A DNA stretch of 32,000 nucleotides, from assembly GCF_000146505.1 (NCBI RefSeq), contig NC_017448.1, positions 2,550,001 through 2,582,000 on the forward strand, given 5' to 3'. Every line of letters starts with the position of its first letter. Positions within the stretch are counted from its first letter, which is position 1. Shown piece after piece: positions 6,837-13,580 of the stretch. Below the pieces are notes generated by a model. The model was not told where the DNA came from. It made no database searches and worked only from the letters and a program-made list of their open reading frames with translations. The stretch is from Fibrobacter succinogenes subsp. succinogenes S85. Its GTDB lineage: Bacteria > Fibrobacterota > Fibrobacteria > Fibrobacterales > Fibrobacteraceae. Made by a program: the position numbers and the translations under genes.

Positions 6837-6958
6837 AACAGGGCAAGGCTGCAAGCAGGGGGAGACTTCCCCCACCATCAAATCAATCAGTTATTCCTTC
6901 CGGGCAGTATTTTTGCAATTTCATACCTGCGGGGCTTGAATTTTATTAGTTTTCGGGT

Positions 6959-7840
6959 ATGGAACTTCGAGTTTTGCGGTATTTTCTGGAGGCGGCGCGG
7001 TTGGGGAATGTCTCGCGCGCGGCGGATAATCTTTGCGTGACGCAGCCGACGGTGAGTCGCCAGCTCAAGGAGCTGGAGGAGGAGCTGGGCGAGAAGCTTT
7101 TCGAGCGCACGAACTACGCGATTCGGCTGACGCCTGCGGGGGAACTCTTGCGGGAGCGTGCGGAGGATATCCTTTCGATGGCGGACAGGACGGTGCAGGA
7201 TTTCAAGTCGCTGAAGGAAGACGAGGTGGTGGGTGAAATCGCCATTGCCTGCGCGGAATCGCGGAACGTGAATTTTCTTTCGAAGTGCATCGGGATTCTC
7301 CGGGACGACTATCCGAAGATTAAGTACAACTTATATTCGGGCGACAGCGAGCGCGCCCTGGAAAAGCTGGACAAGGGCATTTTCGATTTCGCGGTGGTTG
7401 TAGATAACGTTGATTTGGAAAAGTACAACTGTCTTGCGGTGCGTTCGGTGGACCGCTGGGGAGTGGTGATGCGTCGCGACGACCCTCTGGCCAAGCGGGA
7501 TTTTATTGAGCCGAAGGACTTGCTCGACAAACCGCTGTTGGCGTCGCGACAGGCGATGGTGGCGGATTTACCGAAATGGTTTGGCGACGATATCGCGAAG
7601 CTGAACGTAATCGTGGGGCTCGATCTTTCGTACAACGGTTCGGTGCTTGCGAAGGAGGGCACGGGCTACCTGCTCACTTTCGACGGCCTGGTGGATACGA
7701 GCCGCACTTCGCGCTTGTGTTTCAGGCCGCTCATGCCCGAGCTCACCACCAACATGTACATCATTTGGCGGCGGGGCCAGCAGTTCACGCGGGCGGGGGA
7801 ACTTTTCCTCGATACGCTCCGGCACGTGCTGGGGGAATAA
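6959..7840 (+). CDS. LysR-family transcriptional regulator
   Basis: N-terminal wHTH MELRVLRYFLEAARLGNVSRAADNLCVTQPTVSRQLKELEEELGEKLFER, followed by a LysR substrate-binding-type domain. 293 aa. Confidence 0.9.
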   Translation: MELRVLRYFLEAARLGNVSRAADNLCVTQPTVSRQLKELEEELGEKLFERTNYAIRLTPAGELLRERAEDILSMADRTVQDFKSLKEDEVVGEIAIACAESRNVNFLSKCIGILRDDYPKIKYNLYSGDSERALEKLDKGIFDFAVVVDNVDLEKYNCLAVRSVDRWGVVMRRDDPLAKRDFIEPKDLLDKPLLASRQAMVADLPKWFGDDIAKLNVIVGLDLSYNGSVLAKEGTGYLLTFDGLVDTSRTSRLCFRPLMPELTTNMYIIWRRGQQFTRAGELFLDTLRHVLGE

Positions 7841-7856
7841 AAAAAGGATCATTCTC

Positions 7857-8345
7857 ATGCTTAAAATTGAACAATATAATACAAAGTATATCAACGACGC
7901 GATTGAAATCTGGAACGACATTGTCGAAGACGGCATCGCGTTTCCGCAAATGGATTTGCTTGACCCGCAGACGGGAGACGAGTTTTTCAAGTCGCAATCG
8001 TTCACGGGCATCGCTATCGATGTGGACTCCGGCGAAGTGGTCGGGCTCTACATTCTCCACCCGAACAATGTCGGGCGCTGCGGGCATATTTCGAATGCAA
8101 GCTATGCGGTCAAGAAAAATAAGCGCGGTCAGCATATCGGCGAATTTCTCGTAAAGGATTGCCTCGCGAAGGCCAAGGAAATCGGCTTCAGGATTTTGCA
8201 GTTTAACGCGGTCGTCGCGACAAATACGTCTGCGCTCAAGCTCTACAAGAAGCTCGGCTTTACCCAGCTCGGCGTGATTCCCAAGGGATTCCTGCTCAAG
8301 GACGGGAGTTACGAGGATATCATCCCGCACTATATCGAACTGTAA
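7857..8345 (+). CDS. GNAT-family N-acetyltransferase (162 aa)
   Basis: The ORF-track frame 7647..8345 overlaps the LysR gene. The in-frame ATG at 7857 lies 17 nt after the LysR stop. It gives MLKIEQYNTKY...RGQHIGEFLVKDCLAKAKEIGFRILQFNAVVATNTSALKLYKKLGF, which carries the acetyl-CoA-binding R/QxxGxG/A motif region. Confidence 0.85.
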   Translation: MLKIEQYNTKYINDAIEIWNDIVEDGIAFPQMDLLDPQTGDEFFKSQSFTGIAIDVDSGEVVGLYILHPNNVGRCGHISNASYAVKKNKRGQHIGEFLVKDCLAKAKEIGFRILQFNAVVATNTSALKLYKKLGFTQLGVIPKGFLLKDGSYEDIIPHYIEL

Positions 8346-9121
8346 ACGTAAACTCCTGAACGGGTCGAAACAAATTTTCCGTTGAATGGTTTGTTTAACG
8401 TTCCGTAAACTTTGATTGGGCAGAACAGAGGTGTCTCAGGTGTTTTTTCTTTATCGAGAAGGTCCAGTTGCAGAGTGTCACCTTTGATGAACGCTCCGAT
8501 TGATTTGACATATTTTCTAGGATAGTCTAATTGCGACGGGAAAACAATGACGTTTTTCCCGTTTTTTTCTTCGACAAATGCTGAGTCGGAAGAGTAGTGC
8601 TTATCTATTTCCTGTTCGTCAAGGATGCAATCCGATATGGAATCCAGAGTGACGAAATCCTCGTCATAGCGGATGATTGAATAAGCGCCCATAGCTGCTA
8701 GATACTTCTCTTCTAGTTCTCCTTTTAGCGAGGTATAGACTAGAACGGGGCAGGCGAGGTCGGGTACGGCTGTGCTTTCTTTTTTTCGTTTCATGGAAAC
8801 GATCAACGTGTCGTTTGCGCTGCGAGTTGCGATGGTGTAATTGTCTCTTAAATCATTGATATTTGCAGGGAATGTGAGTCTCCATGTTCCGTCAAAATAT
8901 TTAAGGTAGATTTTATTTAATGCGATGAGTCCTTCAATTGAATCGGGATTGATGATGCATGACGAAATTGAATCCAGAATCAGTGGGCTTTTCCCGTTGT
9001 TTGCGAAAACGCCTTCATTTCCGTTTGCCCCGCTAGAATTGTCGCTTGAACAGCCTGAAATGGCAAATGATGTAAATAGTATAGCCAATGCATGGGTGAG
9101 TGCGATAGACTTTTTGTTCAT
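8330..9121 (-). CDS. Hypothetical lipoprotein with two tandem ~110-aa repeats
   Basis: Signal peptide plus lipobox MNKKSIALTHALAILFTSFAISGC|SS. LDSISxCI and CP(V/I)xVY motifs each occur twice. ATG start. I recognise no family. Confidence 0.7.
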   Translation of the reverse strand: MNKKSIALTHALAILFTSFAISGCSSDNSSGANGNEGVFANNGKSPLILDSISSCIINPDSIEGLIALNKIYLKYFDGTWRLTFPANINDLRDNYTIATRSANDTLIVSMKRKKESTAVPDLACPVLVYTSLKGELEEKYLAAMGAYSIIRYDEDFVTLDSISDCILDEQEIDKHYSSDSAFVEEKNGKNVIVFPSQLDYPRKYVKSIGAFIKGDTLQLDLLDKEKTPETPLFCPIKVYGTLNKPFNGKFVSTRSGVYVYSSI

Positions 9122-9215
9122 GTTAATCCTCCTTACTGTATTGATAATTACTTAATATAAAATAATAAAATTGGTTGGCTAAAATTGATAAAAATTGCAA
9201 AAGTCATGAAAAAAC

Positions 9216-9244
9216 TTGACAATGTATTATCTTTTTTTTATGAT
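9216..9244 (+). promoter_or_regulatory. Sigma70-like promoter candidate for the ATPase gene
   Basis: TTGACA (9216-9221), 17-nt spacer, TATGAT (9239-9244), about 110 nt upstream of the ATG at 9355. The AT-rich context raises the false-positive risk, and the promoter consensus of this organism is unknown to me. Confidence 0.4.
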
Positions 9245-9313
9245 ACCCTTGAAAAAGAGTGTTTTTGTTAGAATCTGTTGATTCTCTAATGAAAAATATT
9301 TATATTAACTCTT

Positions 9314-9354
9314 GAGTAAATAACTTTAGAGTTAATAACTTTGGAGTAAATAAG
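9314..9354 (+). repeat. 15-bp tandem direct repeat, 2.7 copies, ending at the ATPase start codon
   Basis: gagtaaataacttta (9314-9328), gagttaataactttg (9329-9343), gagtaaataag (9344-9354), then ATG at 9355. Confidence 0.8.
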
Positions 9355-10758
9355 ATGTTTGTCGGACGTAAAAGAGAATTAAAGCTTCTTGAAGATCTTT
9401 ATCGGTCTAAAAAATTTGAAATGCTAATCATGCATGGTCGTAGGCGTGTGGGCAAGAGTTTTCTTTTGGCTCACTTTGCCTCGCTTCATGAAAAGGATAC
9501 TGTGTTCTTTACTGCTGACAAAGGGAGCGAAGCCAATAATGTTCGTAATTTTTGTACGGAATTGAAACGGGTATTAAATGCTGGCGATTTTTTGAATTCA
9601 CTTGAGACTTGGCAGGATGTCTACTCGTTCATCGATGGTGCCGCTTTTTCTAAACGTGTGAATATCATTATTGACGAGTTTACTTATTTGTACAATTCAA
9701 ATCCTGTATACGATTCGGGGCTGCAGAATGCTATTGACCGAATTCTGAAAAAAAAGAACATTTTTTTAATTTTGTGCGGTTCTGAAGTTTCTGTTATTGA
9801 GGACTTGTTTGATGATTCGACCAAACCTTTATATGGTCGCAAGACTGCCGATTTGAAATTGCAACCATTTTCATATAAAGAATCTAAAGAATTTTTCCCC
9901 AAATATAGTGACGAAGAAGTCCTAACGGTTTATTCAATTCTTGGCGGTATTCCTCTATACCTTTCTCTTTTTGACGATTCCGTTTCTATTCGCGAGAACG
10001 TCATCAAAAATTGCCTTTCTACAACGGGCTACTTATACAATGAAATTGATACGTTGCTTCGCATGGAACTCAAAGAAACGCTTTTTTATAAGAATATTCT
10101 GCTTGCTATCAATTCTGGTGCTTCGACGCTTAATGATATAAAGATGAAGGTTGGAGAAGATGGGGCGAAGATTGCAAAATACCTGAACGTCCTTCAAAAT
10201 TTGGGATTTATCAAAACAGAAATCCCTGTTGGCGAAAAAGGCAAGGCTCGCAATACGCTTTATTCCATTGACGATAACTACTTTGCTTTTTATTTCAGGT
10301 TTATTTATAAACATTTGAATATGTTGAATGGGCTTATTTCACCTGAAATTTATTACGATAGAGAGTTTACAACTGAAAGCTTAAATGGATATATTGGGCA
10401 TCGATTTGAAAGAGTGTGCTCGCAGTTTATTATGGAAAAATCCTATAATGGCGAGCTTCCGTTCTTTGCTGAACAAGTTGGACGCTGGTGGGGTAATAAC
10501 CCTCTTGCGAAACGTCAAGAGGAAATAGACATTGTTGCCCAAGATGAGAATAATGCCATTCTTTGCGAATGTAAATACACTGAAAAGGCGTTTGATGAGA
10601 CTGAACTTTCTGACTTGCAGGCGTGCGCACCGTGTATTAAACGCGACAATTTGTATTTTTGGATTTTTTCCAGAAAGGGAGTCACGGCTGGAGTCAAGAA
10701 GAAAATAAAAAATCTGGGCAATTACAAGGTTATTTCGATAAAAGAATTGTTTGCTTGA
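9355..10758 (+). CDS. ATP-binding protein: archaeal-type AAA ATPase (COG1672-like) with a C-terminal DUF234 nuclease-like domain
   Basis: N-terminus FVGRKRELKLLEDL. Walker A GRRRVGKS, Walker B IIIDEF, then ILGGIPLYLSLF. The C-terminal tail EEIDIVAQDENNAILCECKYT is the E-x-D...E-C-K motif typical of DUF234. Confidence 0.9.
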   Translation: MFVGRKRELKLLEDLYRSKKFEMLIMHGRRRVGKSFLLAHFASLHEKDTVFFTADKGSEANNVRNFCTELKRVLNAGDFLNSLETWQDVYSFIDGAAFSKRVNIIIDEFTYLYNSNPVYDSGLQNAIDRILKKKNIFLILCGSEVSVIEDLFDDSTKPLYGRKTADLKLQPFSYKESKEFFPKYSDEEVLTVYSILGGIPLYLSLFDDSVSIRENVIKNCLSTTGYLYNEIDTLLRMELKETLFYKNILLAINSGASTLNDIKMKVGEDGAKIAKYLNVLQNLGFIKTEIPVGEKGKARNTLYSIDDNYFAFYFRFIYKHLNMLNGLISPEIYYDREFTTESLNGYIGHRFERVCSQFIMEKSYNGELPFFAEQVGRWWGNNPLAKRQEEIDIVAQDENNAILCECKYTEKAFDETELSDLQACAPCIKRDNLYFWIFSRKGVTAGVKKKIKNLGNYKVISIKELFA

Positions 10759-10760
10759 TT

Positions 10761-11549
10761 TTAAAGCGCGCTGTCGAGTGCCATCATGAGCGTGAAGCCG
10801 ACGGCGAAGAGGATGGTGCCTGCGTCAAAGTGGTCGCCTTCGCTCACTTCGGGGAGCATTTCTTCAACGACAACGTAAATCATTGCGCCTGCCGCAAACG
10901 AAAGCAGGTAGGGCATGAACGGCGAAAGAATTTCGGCGGCGATTAAGGTAATCAATGCGCCGATGGGTTCGACTGCTCCGGAGAGCGCCCCAAGTGCGAA
11001 TGCCTTTTTGCGCGTTGCGCCTTCGGCTTTTAGCGGGAGAGAAACGACTGCTCCTTCAGGGAAGTTTTGGATGGCGATACCGATGGAAAGCGCGAATGCT
11101 GCCGAGAGTGTGATGGCTACATTTCCAGAAAGCCAGCCTGCGAAAACGATGCCGACCGCCATGCCTTCGGGCAAGTTGTGGATTGTTACGGCGAGCGTGA
11201 GCATTGTGGTGCGTTTAAGTTTTGCTCTCGGTCCTTCAGGAGTTTTACTGCCTAAATGCAAATGCGGTGTGATTTTGTCTAAAATGTACAAGAACAAAAT
11301 ACCTGCCCAGAATCCTACTGCGGCGGGTGCAAAAGCTAATTTACCCAAATGTTCGCTTGCGTCGATAGCCGGGAGGAGTAGGCTCCAGACGGATGCCGCT
11401 ACCATGACGCCAGCCGCAAATGCTAAAAGTCCGCGCTTGAGGTTCTGCTTCATTTGCCCGCGGATAAAGAATACGCAGGCTGCGCCGAGAACCGTCCCTA
11501 AAAATGGGATGGTGAGGCCTTGAATAATGGGTAAAATGGGTTGAGTCAT
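10761..11549 (-). CDS. ZIP-family divalent metal transporter (ZupT-like)
   Basis: Motifs HNLPEGMAVG and AIQNFPEGAVVS, with about 8 hydrophobic segments. The ORF-track start at 11585 is a TTG codon. I prefer the ATG at 11549 (MTQPILPIIQG...). Confidence 0.9.
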   Translation of the reverse strand: MTQPILPIIQGLTIPFLGTVLGAACVFFIRGQMKQNLKRGLLAFAAGVMVAASVWSLLLPAIDASEHLGKLAFAPAAVGFWAGILFLYILDKITPHLHLGSKTPEGPRAKLKRTTMLTLAVTIHNLPEGMAVGIVFAGWLSGNVAITLSAAFALSIGIAIQNFPEGAVVSLPLKAEGATRKKAFALGALSGAVEPIGALITLIAAEILSPFMPYLLSFAAGAMIYVVVEEMLPEVSEGDHFDAGTILFAVGFTLMMALDSAL

Positions 11550-11654
11550 GCGAAAAAAGATAGTATTAAAACTTGACAATTTCAAAAAACGCGCTGGAGT
11601 TTTGAAGGTCTAATTGGAGTAGCGTAAACGATTACATTTTTGTATCGTAGACAC

Positions 11655-12836
11655 ATGAATAAGTTAAAGTCTTTTGTTGTCGCGGCCTCTGCCGTATTGC
11701 TTTTTACAACTTCTGCAAATGCGTGCCTTGCCGCCTGCAAGGAAAAGAAGCGGGATGAAGCTTACAGTAAGCAACTCTCGGCAGCTACGTTGCAGACGAT
11801 TATTGATAACGCTTTGCCGTTGAAAACGGTGGACCCAGAACTTGGCGAACCTTATCAGGTCTACCCGATTGACGTAAAACCGTATGATAAGGATTTTCAT
11901 GCAACGTTAATTGAATATCCTTACGGAAGTTCTCCGCGTGCGGTGACGCATGAACCGAATCCGCGCGGAATTATCTTGTATGTGCATGGTTATAATGATT
12001 ACTTCTTCCAGGAAGAACTTGCGGAAAAATCGGATTCTGCAGGCTTTGCGTTCTTTGCGATAGACTTGCATTACAATGGTCGTTCGTATAGTGAAGGCGA
12101 GCCGCGCTCGGATATGCGTAGCGTCAAGGAATACTATGCGGAGTTGGATGCTGCTGTGGCGCTCAGCAAGAAGATTGCTGCGAAGGGCTCGAATGTTAAA
12201 TTGCCATTTGTCATTCTCGGTCATTCGCAGGGTGGGTTGATCACGCCGAATTACCTGAATGAACGTAATAGCGAAGATTTTGCAGCTCTCGTTTTGAACA
12301 GTCCGTTCCTGGATTATAAAAATAGTTGGTTTGTTCGCAATGTGGCTTTCCCTGTGTTCTCGGATATTGCGCTGTTGTTGCCTGATGCACCCGCTCCGAA
12401 ACAGGAAGCCCCTAAGTACAACATATCTCTTTTGAAAAGTGAAAAGGGCGAGTGGGAATTCAATCGTGAATTGAAAAGCGATGAATGGCCACAACAGTAT
12501 TTTGGATACCTCCGTGCGACAACTCGCGGCATCAAGTGGATCCATGCGGGAATGCAGATCAAGGCTCCGGTTCTCATGATGCGTAGCGGCTGCACGGTAA
12601 ATACGGTCAAGTGGGATGACGACTACATGCGTTGCGACTGCATGCTTGATGTGAATCTCCTCGAAAAGTGGGCTCCGAAATTGGGTAGTGATGTCACGAC
12701 CGTAACGATTGAGGATGGCATGCACGACTTGTTCCTTTCGCGCAAGGATGTCCGCGATAACGCTTATCGCACGATGTTTGAGTTCTTGGATGGCGCCATT
12801 TTGCGGAAGCAAATTGTCGTTGCGCAGAACTTTTAA
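11655..12836 (+). CDS. Secreted lipoprotein alpha/beta hydrolase (lysophospholipase/monoacylglycerol-lipase-like)
   Basis: The ORF-track start at 11640 is TTG. The ATG at 11655 gives MNKLKSFVVAASAVLLFTTSANACLAAC with lipobox LAAC. Oxyanion-type HGYNDY, nucleophile elbow GHSQGG, and a C-terminal EDGMHD histidine. Confidence 0.8.
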   Translation: MNKLKSFVVAASAVLLFTTSANACLAACKEKKRDEAYSKQLSAATLQTIIDNALPLKTVDPELGEPYQVYPIDVKPYDKDFHATLIEYPYGSSPRAVTHEPNPRGIILYVHGYNDYFFQEELAEKSDSAGFAFFAIDLHYNGRSYSEGEPRSDMRSVKEYYAELDAAVALSKKIAAKGSNVKLPFVILGHSQGGLITPNYLNERNSEDFAALVLNSPFLDYKNSWFVRNVAFPVFSDIALLLPDAPAPKQEAPKYNISLLKSEKGEWEFNRELKSDEWPQQYFGYLRATTRGIKWIHAGMQIKAPVLMMRSGCTVNTVKWDDDYMRCDCMLDVNLLEKWAPKLGSDVTTVTIEDGMHDLFLSRKDVRDNAYRTMFEFLDGAILRKQIVVAQNF

Positions 12837-12863
12837 TTATTAGATTTTGTTTTAATCGGTTAG

Positions 12864-12898
12864 CGCACTTTCCTTGTCATGAGGGGAGTGCGTTTTTT
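12864..12898 (+). terminator. Rho-independent terminator after the hydrolase gene
   Basis: Stem cgcactttcc (12864-12873) / ggggagtgcg (12883-12892), including two G-U pairs. 9-nt loop, then TTTTTT (12893-12898). Confidence 0.7.
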
Positions 12899-12906
12899 AG
12901 GAGAAA

Positions 12907-13506
12907 ATGATGAGTAAGAACATTTGGGATATCTTTGCGCCGGTTTATGAATTCGCGATGCGTTCGCAGAAGGATATTTATGATTTTATGTATGGGCGAA
13001 TTGGCGAGGTCGCGCGGGGCAAGGATGTGCTTGAGCTTGCAACGGGTCCGGGAATGATTGCGCGACATATTGCACCGCTTGCGAATCACGTGGTGGCAAC
13101 GGATTTTGCTCCGAAGATGATCGAGACGGCTCGCAAGGCGAAGAATCCGGAAAACGTGCGTTTTGAAGTTGCTGATGCGACTTCGTTACGGTTCATGGAC
13201 AACGCTTTTGATGTGGTCGTGATTGCGAATGCTCTCCACATTATCCCGGAGCCATCAAAGGCGCTTGCGGAAATCCGCCGCGTCTTGAAAGATGACGGCG
13301 TGCTGATAGCTCCGAACTTTATATTCCCTGCTGATGGCAAAAGAAACTTGTGGCAAAAGCTTTTGAGTCTTGTCGGTGTCCGCTTTGCGCACGAATGGAC
13401 GGAAAACGAATACAAGTCTTTTTTGAAAGGAAACGGCTGGACGATAACGGAAAATTGCGTTATTAAGGGGCGGATTGATTTAGCGTATGTGGAATGCAGG
13501 AAATAG
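12907..13506 (+). CDS. Class I SAM-dependent methyltransferase
   Basis: AGGAG RBS upstream. Motif I VLELATGPGMIARHIA. Motif DVVVIANALHIIPEP, then RVLKDDGVLI. 199 aa. Confidence 0.85.
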   Translation: MMSKNIWDIFAPVYEFAMRSQKDIYDFMYGRIGEVARGKDVLELATGPGMIARHIAPLANHVVATDFAPKMIETARKAKNPENVRFEVADATSLRFMDNAFDVVVIANALHIIPEPSKALAEIRRVLKDDGVLIAPNFIFPADGKRNLWQKLLSLVGVRFAHEWTENEYKSFLKGNGWTITENCVIKGRIDLAYVECRK

Positions 13507-13527
13507 AAAATCGCGTACTAAAAACGA

Positions 13528-13557
13528 AAATTGCCCCGGATTTCTCCGGGGCAATTT
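13528..13557. terminator. Bidirectional intrinsic terminator between convergent genes
   Basis: Perfect 13-bp stem aaattgccccgga (13528-13540) / tccggggcaattt (13545-13557) with loop tttc. On the minus strand it is followed by ttttcgttttt, so it is strongest for the ABC operon. Confidence 0.75.
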
Positions 13558-13580
13558 AGTAGGTGGTTATTGAATGAGTT

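Noticed and set aside
9122-9354. Considered whether the short repeats upstream of the ATPase gene form a mini CRISPR array
   Set aside because: The units are contiguous 15-mers with no spacers. They are far shorter than CRISPR repeats, and no cas genes are present.
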